This document shows, piece by piece, positions 25,663 through 36,600 of a stretch of DNA of 64,000 bases. This stretch comes from Amphiscolops sp. MND2022 (taxonomy: Eukaryota), in contig OZ076409.1 of assembly GCA_964187785.1 (NCBI GenBank), forward strand, positions 57,848,001 to 57,912,000, read 5' to 3'. The translations under genes were made by a program, and so were the position numbers. The notes under the pieces are model-generated. The model was not told where the DNA came from and did not search any database. It saw only the letters and a program-made list of their open reading frames with translations. Numbering within the stretch: position 1 is the stretch's first letter; every line of letters starts with the position of its first letter.

Positions 25663-28600
25663 ACTGCTACCCACGGAAATAACCTATTATAATTAGGGCT
25701 TCGAGTTTCGCGAATTTCCAATATGGTGACGTTTTGTTTTTTTTTCGCAAATTTCGTGACATATGCCTAATTTTCAATGCAAAATTCTCGAAACCGAGGA
25801 TAGATACGGATGCCATGTTTTAGCTGAAAAATGCGTAAGATCCTAGGCTACATCTTTGCCGAATAAAAGTTTCCAAAAAACTTTAGACTTCATAGTTTTT
25901 TGCAATAAAAAATTTTGAAAAAACGCAAATTTTGACCGGTTCTTATTTTGATCTCCTATATCACAGAACCGAGACCGACTAAAGAATAGATGATTTCGTA
26001 AATTTTACAAAAATTTTATGGGCTACATTTTAGCTTCAGAATGACGTCAATTTTTTCCTATTCTTAGTTCTTTGATGAAAAAAATGTCTAATTTTTCCAA
26101 TTTTTAACTCACGTTTCCCAAAACTGAAAATAGATACAGGAACCATTCCCCCAACACAAATTGTACAAGGGTTTCGCACACTACGTATTAGCTCAAAATT
26201 GACGTCAAAGTTTTCTCTTATTCTTGATTTTCTTTGGATGAATAAATAAAATGTAAGGCAAAAAAGGTTGTCTGATTTTTCTTCGAGTTGGTAGCTCAAA
26301 TTTCTCAGAACTGAAAAAAATGCAGAAACCAGTCTCCCTCAGAAATTATGGTTAGTTTGTAGGCTAGTTTTTGACCATCAATGTTTAAATCATCGGGTAT
26401 GACTCTTTGGTTTTTCGTTCAAAAATACATGGGAATTCTTAGCTCTTTTATCAAAAATTGTTAGGAGGCTATGGCAAAATATGACCTATAAATGAAACAG
26501 AACAAAGACGAATTATTCAAGGTATTTTCTTGAGGCGAAAACGAGGTTTGTTTGGAATCCATACAACTTTTGATTTGTTTTTGTTTGAAATCCTTTAGAA
26601 TAATTCAGTCACCTTTGAAATTGATACCAGATAACTTTTGTCCACAGTAGATTACTATTACTTCCTTAATAAAAAATCCATAACTTGGTAAAGTTGGGAA
26701 CCAAATATCCAAAAACCTGACAAACAAACTCCGGAAAACGGGTTAGGAGGTGTGCCATGAAGGTACTTACTGTATACATCGTAGATAACAAGGAAGGGTT
26801 GCGCATGAATTTTTAAGATCACCAGAAAACTCATCATAAGAAAAATCCGCACAAAACAAACCCAACACAGAACAATTACCCATTTGCATTGAAATTCTTA
26901 GTGATTTCTTAGCATAACTTATTCATTTCACCTTTCACAAATGTTGTGCACATTGACTTGTGCACACAAATTGAAAAAAAATATTTCCATTTAATCAATA
27001 TCGAAGAAACTTGATAGCTCTAATTTTCTCTGCCTAAATTCAAGAAAAAGTTGGTGGTGAAAAGTTCAAACCGTTCCTTCAACGTCCGTTTCGGATGGGG
27101 CAAGCTGCCGGGGGTTCCTTGCGCTTTGTGGTTGCAAAGACTGAGTACGTCTCCTCGTCTCCCTTTTTTTTTTTTAAAAAAAAACAATTTTTCCCTTTTT
27201 CCATTCAAACAATTAATGTAAATGACTTGAGCAGATCAAGTTTGGTAATGACTCTTTCTGGAATTGGTCATCGAGGAATTCGTTTGAAAGAAGCTCGAAA
27301 AAGTCGATAACTAGAACCACTGTTACGAACACTAAACAATAAAGAGGCTTTACTGTCAATCGGAAGTCGCTTAGCTATTGTGTTGTCTGACCATTTTCTT
27401 GAATATTACGAATGATGGATTGGCAAAGATGGAAGAATCATGCCATTTATATAATCAAGTGTGAACATAAATAATCCAAAGTTCGAAATAAAATGTTTGA
27501 AGCAGGCATGCCAAGTAATTTCTCATTTGTTACCCTAATCAAAAATGAATCGTGAAAGTGTGAACCTAATTAGAAATAAGATGCGAATGTGTGTTGAATT
27601 TTCTTGAATGGAATTTTCTGATTCTGCTGCGTGTTCTGTATTTGTAATCTTGGTGAACTTTTTTGTTGAACTTTCATGTGTTAAGTTTTATGAGTATTCG
27701 CTAGTCGAGATTGCTTGAACTTTTTACATGCTGCATGGAAACATGCAGGCTAATTTTTTAACAAAACATGGAAAAATTCCGGGAGCCTCTATGGAAACAT
27801 TTCGTAGGATTACAATGCAGCCTCCACTATTTGAATTAAAACTGAAAACAATTCCACTTCTTCACCGCCGCGATCACTTTGTTTTAACGCGTAAGTTTCT
27901 CAAGTAAGTACTTTATGTAATCACCGTTACTCAAATAGCACGCTGAATATGACGCTACTTTGAAACCTATATTGTGATTGAAGTTTATTTGCATTAAAAT
28001 TGCGGAAAAATTGATGAACAAAGCAACGGTCTCAGCTGCCTTTAAAAGTAGCACGACGTCTTAATGAAACCTGTCAAACTTTGCGGCACAGAATTGCCGC
28101 CAAATCAAAATTTAGGATGCATTTTATAGGCAGCTTGATAAAATTGAATGGAATCATTGAAGTTTAATTGCATGGACGTTTCTTTGAGAATTTTATATAA
28201 AATCATGAAAAATTAGCTTGCTGACCTACAAGCAGTTTCAACGGGGTATCTTTAGTATACATATTCTCTGTAACTCTAGGGCTCAGTTAAGATTTAATGC
28301 TGAAATTTTCTGTTCATGTATTTTGGTTGTGTTCTCAGCCTTGGGGCTCATAGGGGGCCACGTTCTCGTCGTGGGTCCTGTCATGTGAGATCTTTCAAGT
28401 CTCACTTGCGGAGTGCCTCCAAAATTTTAATATAAGGATTTCGGTTTTCAGCTTCTGCAAACTATGTTTGCAGTTTGGAACCGAGGCCGACATTTTCGGA
28501 TGTGATTTCCGTTTCTTCTTAGACCTTGTTCCAGTGGTTTTTTTCAGTAATTTTAGATCTTATTCTAGAGGTTCTTCTTGTTGTTTTAGATATTATTTTA

Positions 28601-28689
28601 ATGTTTTCGATATTTTCAGATGTCATTACTGTGGTTTCCTTCGTTTTCCATATCATTCAATCCGAGTTCATGCCTACAATTATATAATT

Positions 28690-28850
28690 CCTTACGATTC
28701 TATGCATGGAACCATATGATTCCATACGATTCCATCCATGGAATCATATCACTCCATGCGATTCCATGCATGGAAACGGCATGAAGTTATCGTATGGAAC
28801 CATATGATTCCATGCATGGAATCGCACGGAAGACTTATGAATTTGGATCC
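28690..28850. repeat. Array of short palindromic repeats (TTCCATGCATGGAA-like), probable subterminal repeats of a DNA transposon end
   Basis: Repeated GATTCCATGCATGGAA / GGAACCATATGATTCC units followed by ..CCGGG near 28852; matching left end not found. Confidence 0.5.
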
Positions 28851-30852
28851 GGGTACCTTCAAAATCATGTAAAATGTTCAAGCAGTTCCAACTAGAGTTG
28901 GCATTGTGTTGAATTTTTTGTGTTGATTTTCTGGTGTTGGGTTTTCCGTACCCCATTTTCAGGTTGTACTGATGATAATAGGAATTATTGAGACTGGCGC
29001 AAACCTGAAGAGCATTTTGGGAGATCCCATTGGATTAATTTATAAAAGTGTGTGGTCCCTGATATCTAATTTATCTCATTCCTGATCAAATTAACTGTTT
29101 TGTTTTTGTTTGTTTTCCGATATTGATCTCGTGTTCTGACTTTGCAACTCGAGTAGCCCTTTTCTGTTTCGCCATCGTCACGTGTTGCCTTCAGAGGTAA
29201 GACCTTCTGTTCGAATTGAGGTTGTTTTCCTGAGTGTCAGTTTGAAGGTCTAGCGAGCTGATGGGAACACTTGTCGGTTGAAATTCGTGCAATATTCCAT
29301 ACCATTGAGGCTTACCAAACGTACATTTCTAGAGTGACCAACCTATTTTCGGTTGATAAATTTTGCCAGTCAATGATCGCCAACTCAAAGAGAAATTCCA
29401 AATCAGAATAGAGACTGGCAAGTTTCAAATCGAATTCACAGGATTTATCCAGTCAACTGAAAGTAATAAAGTTGATACCGATGGCTGAAATCAAAGTCAC
29501 CAATTAAGCTTTGCTCTTTTTATCAGTGTTTCATTACTGCAAAATGATGATCACAAAGGGTTTTTTCAACAACATGCCTTTTTATAGCAACCTTATAAAA
29601 GCATAGATTTTCGGCAGTTTAGATTTTGGTTTGAGAAGAGTTAATCTTATATTTTTTCTCAAATATCGACCAAAAATGGTAACAAATTGAGTGAAAATGA
29701 TACACAAAAAACATTCAAACTCACGCATCGGTTGGCAAAAGAACAATGAATAAATGTCAATATAAGTAGACAATATTTTTTAATGCAGTTTTCCAAATTT
29801 TGAATGAAATTTTTCAGATCCCTTTTATTTTGCAAACTTGAATTTGAAGAAGGGCGAATTTTTCGGTTAGTATGTGCGATGTCTTCTTGCAAGTCTTACG
29901 AACTTCAATTAAAGATCGTTCTGTCAGGTCCGATAAAAGAGAAGAAATGCATGCAGACTACCAGTTCGTGCGCTCTAATTTTCCAACTATCAGTCAAATA
30001 CATCCGTTTGCTTTTTATATATATCTTCCAAAACGTATTAAAATGTTCCTTTATCCATAATTTAAGGAACGGAACTTTTGCAATATTTGTACTTATGAAC
30101 CACGACTCAGAAATGTCATAATGAATGATGATTTCCCGACTAAAAATGCCCATTCATGGCATCTTTTTGTTTATTTTTACGAAAATCAGAACGAAGGATG
30201 TTTGACTTCGGAGACACATGATTACTATTATTCACATTTTTCATTACCGTCTGTAGTTTCGAAGTCCGGATTTGGCTACGGAAAAACGTTTTGCAGCTGC
30301 ATGGCGACAAGTTTTGAATTGACAAAGTTTGATATTTCCATTCAGTATTCTGTTGTTTCATGATACCATCGCGAATGGCGTTAAACATTAAAAACAATCT
30401 GTATGACCATGGATTAGTTGTTTCGGTCTGAATAGTGTGTGTATAAACTTTGTTACCTTCAAAGAAGGCGTCTTTGTGCTTGCCGCTTTGAACACAAAGA
30501 ATTTGCTATGCGTATGATTTTGTAAGCCTATTGTGTTTAACATCATAGTTAGTAAACACAAATATCAAACGTTTCAAAAGTTTCGTCGCTAAAGAAAAAC
30601 CATTATAAACCATTATTACAAAAACATTCGACAAAAGTTGTAAATGAGAAAAAATACTAGATGAATAGAAAACGTTTTCGAAGTTGGAGTGAAACAAATT
30701 CGGAAAATCTTGAACTTTTGGAACATCTGAGTTTGTTATTTTTAGCGAACTTCAAAAATTTTTCAATGTCAACTTTTTATCCCACAAATTCCACCGAAAC
30801 TTCGAAATCACTAAAAACTTCAACTAAAAGAGGTAGATTCACTATTGTTGGC

Positions 30853-30925
30853 GACATGTTGGTTTAGTGGTCAGCGCGTTGGAAAATAATGAATGAAGGT
30901 CCGAACCCCCTTGCAGGGTTGAAAA
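30853..30925 (+). repeat. tRNA-derived (SINE-head-like) module
   Basis: A box TGGTTTAGTGG (30860-30870), B-box-like GGTCCGAACCC (30898-30908). Confidence 0.5.
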
Positions 30926-30964
30926 ATTTTCCTTTCCAATTTGAACTTACCAAGAGAAGTTTTC

Positions 30965-31194
30965 TGTTAGAAACCGATGAAGGTCAAAGGACCATTGAAG
31001 GTCAAATAACACAGACTATACCAGACTGAACTAATTTAGATTATTATTGTTGTTTGTAAACATGTACCTGTTACATTTATCTTCACTTGACTGAATCACT
31101 TTCTCAACACACACCTCAAAAAAAGTATTGACAATATTCGATCTTCAATAATCCGACAACCCAGCCACGATCAGAAAGAGTTCAGGCCCTAACA
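30965..31194 (+). repeat. 5' LTR of Copia element (start provisional)
   Basis: TGTTAG..CTAACA terminal inverted hexamers, immediately followed by a Copia-type PBS; no 3' LTR available to confirm the start. Confidence 0.65.
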
Positions 31195-31208
31195 GGTTAT
31201 AGGCCCAG
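31195..31208 (+). promoter_or_regulatory. Copia primer-binding site (internal tRNA-iMet fragment type)
   Basis: GGTTATAGGCCCAG, one mismatch to the classical copia PBS GGTTATGGGCCCAG, directly after CA. Confidence 0.85.
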
Positions 31209-31482
31209 CAATTTGGTGAGTTTGTTTTTTCACAAATTTTTCTGCTTCTCTAACTATGCTCGTCTGATTTTTATTTCTCGTTCTCAATTTTTGCTTTTTG
31301 CGTCTCGGATATCCACAATTTTTGCATTTTTATGCCGTCCGTTACCGCCGTTTTGCTTCTGTTAACTTTGTAGCTTATATCTTCGTGGGAATTCCTGTTT
31401 TGCTGCCCCAGTTTTGTTTCAGTTACTTCCTTCTGCCTGTTTCGGGCTTTTGCTTGGAGTTTGTGAGGGATGGATCGACCTT

Positions 31483-31886
31483 TGTTGCGGCAGCAATGTC
31501 GTTAATTAAAAGCAGTCAAACAATAAGGCCAAATAGCTCAGTTTGTTAGAGCACCGGTCTCGGGACGAAAAGATCGCAGGTTCGATTCCCGGTAACTGCA
31601 AATATTTGGGAAAAACCCAAATATTCAAAATATCGCTAACTTTTGCAAATATATCTCAAAATAACCTTGAAAACACTGCAAAAGGGTGTTGCTATCTTGT
31701 TATTTACCATTGTTTGTAATTGTTTGTAAATGTTATTGATCATTCGTCTGCCAAAAGCAATATATTGACCGTTTAACATACTCATTTTTGCCTCGATTTG
31801 TGATCAAATCCCGTATGTTTGGCCCTCAATACATTAATGAACTCTAAATACGAAGTCTAGATTACCGAGAATTTAGCCCTTTTACA
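31483..31886 (+). repeat. BEL 5' LTR (404 bp)
   Basis: TGTTGCGG..TTTTACA; about 22 differences from the 3' LTR by manual comparison (~94-95% identity). Confidence 0.97.
31527..31600 (+). ncRNA. tRNA-like Pol III cassette inside the BEL 5' LTR
   Basis: GGCCAAA-TA-GCTC AGTTTGTTA GAGC (perfect D stem, A box), canonical spacing to B box GGTTCGATTCC; acceptor and anticodon stems do not pair, so not a translating tRNA. Confidence 0.75.
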
Positions 31887-31903
31887 TGGTGGCCATAGAG
31901 AGG
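31887..31903 (+). promoter_or_regulatory. BEL primer-binding site
   Basis: TGGTGGCCATAGAGAGG directly after the LTR CA; complementary to a tRNA ending ..GGCCA-CCA (tRNA-Ile-like ending, inferred). Confidence 0.8.
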
Positions 31904-32498
31904 CACGAATTATTGATTGGTTATACTATTTGAAACCTACAATTCTTCAGCGTATTGTTACAATCGTAAACTGATTGATCCAGTATTAATCGATAATTTC
32001 TTACAACTTTAATTTTGAGTTCGTCGTTCCCAAAATTTATAACCAGGATTAAATTTGGGATATAAAACTCAATAAAAATCAACCACCACCACCACCCCCA
32101 GCACCAGTACCGCCACATCTACAGCTTCTCATTCTGATTGTGCCGACTACCCCCCTCAGAGTAAGAAGGCCGCTGCTGCTGATAAAGAAAACAACAACAG
32201 CAGTGACGTCGCCATCTCCACAACCACTACCCCCATCGTTGAAGACTGCTTCAAAAATGAGCATGAAAAGCGTGGCAACGGCGATTGTGTCGATTTGAAT
32301 CCTAATTGTCTCTCTGAACAGCAACAGTGTCTGGGAAACAGAAAGCGAAAAAATCGCAACTCAGCTGACTATAATACCCTTCGAGTGAATGACGGTCACT
32401 CTTCCACGATCAACGAGAGTGAAGCCCGAGATTCTAATAAACACAAATATGACGTCACTGATTTGGAACCTGCTCACAAAGCACACTTGACTTCCTGA

Positions 32499-32632
32499 CC
32501 GTGACCCCTGGACGCTCACCCCTCAGCCCTGGAAGTTTTTCCCTGACCCTGGACGCTCACCCCTTAGCCCTGGAAGTTCTTCCCTGACCCCTGGAGCTTA
32601 CCAGTGAACCCCGGAAGATATTGATACCCTGG
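32499..32632 (+). repeat. ~41-bp tandem repeat in the BEL 5' leader
   Basis: TGACCC(C)TGGACGCTCACCCCT(C/T)AGCCCTGGAAGTT twice plus degenerate partial copies. Confidence 0.85.
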
Positions 32633-32811
32633 TAAAATTCTTTAAAATCTTATCGATGTTTGTATTTCAAAAGTGTGATTTGTTTTCGGGTAGCAAGATC
32701 TGGAAAATAATTTTGAGAACTTTTGAAAACCGCATGTATTTTGCTCGCAAAAAAAGGTTCATTAATCTCGATAAACGTAACAACAAGTAAAAAAATTGCA
32801 AAAGAAACTGA

Positions 32812-33414
32812 ATGGTTCAAATATTAGCTGCTAGTTCGTTGCATCATGCATTAGAAACTGTTATCCCTGAAAATCAAAACGCACTAAAAGAAAAAGTTTA
32901 TTCCATACCGGGCCTGAGCTTGAACATTAACGCAAAAGATCCTCGAAAAAATGTACAAAACCTGATTGAAAAAGATTTCAAAGACGAAAACGAACTGACA
33001 ATTTGGCACGACGTCATAAATAACAGCATTTGTAAACATAAAAGCAACTTTTACCGTGCCTTGTCAGTAATCAACCTAGTAAATGTTCTGAAATCTTATC
33101 AAAACAGAATCAGGGCTCTTGTGTACTGCCAACGGAATCGAACGCCTGACATTTTCTTGCAATTGAAAGAGACAAACATTCTTGAATTGAACATTGAAAA
33201 AGATTTTATCTCGTTGCGTAAGCAAAAAGATCTCGATTATTTGCAAAATTTGAAGGCGTTACACCAGAGACATGATCTAGAATTGAAACATCTAAATCTA
33301 GTCTTAAAGCATGAAAACAACCTCACCGAAATTACTGCCCGCAGTCGCCCCAAACGTCTCTCTAAACGCGCCCGCAAGGCGATAAAAAACCAGTCACTTG
33401 CTGCTGATAACTGA
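32812..33414 (+). CDS. Accessory 200-aa ORF of the BEL element, putative SGNH/GDSL-fold protein with basic C-terminal tail
   Basis: Intact ATG-to-stop ORF upstream of gag; motifs ILAASSL, SIPGLS, IWHDVINNSI and ALHQ are placed like SGNH blocks I/II/III/V; tail RSRPKRLSKRARKAIK. Fold is inferred. Confidence 0.6.
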   Translation: MVQILAASSLHHALETVIPENQNALKEKVYSIPGLSLNINAKDPRKNVQNLIEKDFKDENELTIWHDVINNSICKHKSNFYRALSVINLVNVLKSYQNRIRALVYCQRNRTPDIFLQLKETNILELNIEKDFISLRKQKDLDYLQNLKALHQRHDLELKHLNLVLKHENNLTEITARSRPKRLSKRARKAIKNQSLAADN

Positions 33415-33620
33415 CTTCCCTCTTCTTTTCTGTGTTGTGGCCGCGTCCGGACTTCATTGTCTGGTTGACGCTGCAACCAGTAAAAGTTTCTTTTCTGTGT
33501 TGTGTCCGAGCTTCACTGCTCGGTTGATTCACAGAAAGAACCCTCCTCCCGTAAAAAAGCAGCAGTCCTTTTTACCATCTGTACGTCGTGTAGATCATCG
33601 TAATCGTCCTCAGAATAATT

Positions 33621-36600
33621 ATGACTGATTTACAAGAGAAAGTTCAGAAGTTGCACGAAAGTCGATTGAAGGCGCAAACCGAACTAAACAGCTTGCAACA
33701 GAAGATCTCTGATTCCATTGCCAACGCAGACAGACGAGTAAAAGTTGAACGTCTCGTGAAAGAAGCCGAAGATGCAATGACGAGAGCATTTAGCAAAAAC
33801 GAACAAATTTTTGCGCTTGCATCAAAAACTACTAATGCTGAGGCACTCAAAGCGGACTTAGAACAGTGGTTGAAAGAGGTCACTGAGCAGAACGACAAAA
33901 TTTTGAGAAAAGCCTGTGAATATATTGATGCTTGCCCAGCAGCTGATGAAAAGTCACATTCTTCGGTCGGCACTGTTAACGAAAAGGCTTGGAAAAGATC
34001 TTCGATATCAACGAAAACGAAAACATTAAGTCAGAAACAGAAAGAACTTGTTTTAGCAATGCAACGTCGGGAAGAACTGGCACGACAGAGTGAAAACGCG
34101 CTACGTTTAGCCAAGCAGAGACATGAGTTCGCATGGAAACGCTTAGAAGAGGAACAGGGCCTCCAACTGGAAGAAATGGCAGAAGAAAGCCGACGAAAAC
34201 TTGCGGAAGCAAGAATTACCGAACTGGAGTTGACTGAAAACCTTTCTGAAGCGCCTGATGAATTCCACGAAACACTGTCTCGCATTAGCAATTACAGTAG
34301 ACAAACCGCAACCCAGAGAGTGTCCGACTGGGTCAATGATGTTGATTCGGAACCGCCACAGGCCGTAACTACTGAGGCCAACGCAGTAGCCGAATCTTCA
34401 AATCCGCCAGTTGCTTCAACAACACCAACAACAGAAGTTGTTCAAAGCGGCTATCCTAACCAACTCGCAGCGCTTGCATCTGGACTGAACACTTTTCCGC
34501 CTGAACAGCAGCTCAACGTTGCCGCTGTCAACTTTTCCATGCCAGTTATAACAAACAGCTCTCCTCCGTCACTGGCTGCGGTCAGTCACCTACCTTTTCG
34601 ACACGTGCCGTCTGCAGCCGCTCCTACAACAACCGTGCCCCCCATATCTCAGACCCCAAATTTGCCTTCGCAAACACAACAGCCTGTTATTCCGATTACA
34701 ACACAGCCTCTGCTCACCATGCCATCCAGCCATGCTGTTCCTAACTTGTCTGCTTGGACGTTCCCGGTTGGAAACAGCCTTCCAATAACACAATATACTG
34801 CCCCGCCTTCTACTGGAGGTCAATTTACTTCTTCAGGTACAGCCGCAGCGCCAATCGTGACTGAAACAACTGGTACCAAATTACCAGAGCGGAGGAACAA
34901 CTTATTACTGCAACCCTCAAGGCGTTACGGTTCCTACAGCGACCGTACCAATAACACAACCTACAACGACACTGATACCGGCTTCTATTTTCCCGAACTT
35001 TCAACATCCGATCGTTCCACCACCGACGCCAACGACCGTAACGGTGAACGATCTTGCTCAACTTTTGTCAGCAGCGCAAAAGGACCATCTTCCTGAGTGG
35101 AAACTGGCGCAATATAATGGAGATCCACTGCAATGGCATGAGTGGATAGGCCAGTTTAGGAGTGCCATTGACTCCGCACCACTTTCGAATGATGTGAAGC
35201 AGATGTATCTGAAAACACTCGTAACAGGCAAAGCGAAGACTGCAATTGCGGAGTTTGCATACTGTGGGACAAGGTACCAAGATGCACTGAAGACGCTTGA
35301 GCGTAAATTTGGTCAACCACAGGCAGTTGTGTCTACTCACCTTGAAAAACTGAATAGCTTTCCGCCATTGAAAATGCACAATAGCGACAATGTGATAGCA
35401 TTTTCTGCAACAATTCCGCTATGGTTGGTGTGTTCCGCTCGCTGAAATACGAACACGATTTGTCAAGTACAGCCTTACTGGGTCAAGCTGTGCAGAAACT
35501 TCCTCCTAACATGAAAGAAACTTGGTCTCTGCATACTGTGAAGAAAGATTGGACCCGAACAACCCCTTTGGATTTCAACGACCGGAAGGCCAACGAAAGT
35601 GCTTCCACTGTTACGCGCACCAAGACTGGAGCAAAAGTATTCGCCGCGGCTAGTTCTAGCGCACCTTCAACTGGAACTGCAACCAAGACAAACAGAGTAC
35701 AATTAGCTTGCATTGCTTGCAAAGAAATTCATCCTTTATGGCGATGTCGCGTGTTTCTCAGTAAAACACCCACCGAAAGAGCAAAAATAGTTGCCGAAAA
35801 CAAACTTTGCTTCTCGTGTTTTAAAGAAAATCACTCTTTCCGTCAATGTCCGCAACCACGCAAGTGCAATAAAGATGATTGCTCCAGTTCTCATAATACT
35901 CTGTTACACGGTGCTGAACGAGTCTTGCAACCAAGAACCACTCCAAAAACGTCACGTAACCAAGTAACTAGTTCTTGTAGCTCCACAACACGAAACAGCC
36001 AAACGGGTGAAAGTTCCGGCGTGTGCTCGATAACCGACATGAAAGGACTTCTTCAAATCACCGAAGTTGAGGTACATACTGGAACCAATCCCACAAAGGT
36101 GTTAGCTTTGTGTGACTCTGCTTGCAGTCACTCGTGGATTTCCGAAAATCTTGCAACAAAGCTTAACCTGAAAGGTTTACCAACCAAGTTAACAGTCCAT
36201 GGGATAAACTCACAACAGGTTGTTGACACTGAGATAGTTGAGCTCGAGTTGACGCCCGTTCATTCAGGTGGCTCTTGCTCTACTTTCGATGTCAAGCCTT
36301 ATGTGAGGAAGACTTTGCACGTTGGAAATGATGTCATTGATGTGGACTATCTGAAAACACTCTACCCTCACTTGGAGCCCATTGCTCTGAAGACGTACAG
36401 TTACGGAGATGTCGAAATGATACTGGGTCAAGACGTGTTCCATTCAATCCGCTCGTTGGAGTATTTTGAATCCGACCGAAAAAATTCTCCAATTGCCGTT
36501 TGAATACCGTTGGGTTGGGTTGGTTTTTGAGTGGACCATTGCCTTCGACTTCAGGACTCGTTTCGACGTGCTTCAAAGTTGTGACTCAAAGTGAGTGTGA

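Noticed and set aside
31527..31600. Functional tRNA gene in the LTR
   Set aside because: Acceptor and anticodon stems do not pair, the T stem is only partly paired, and the anticodon differs between LTR copies; kept only as a tRNA-like cassette.
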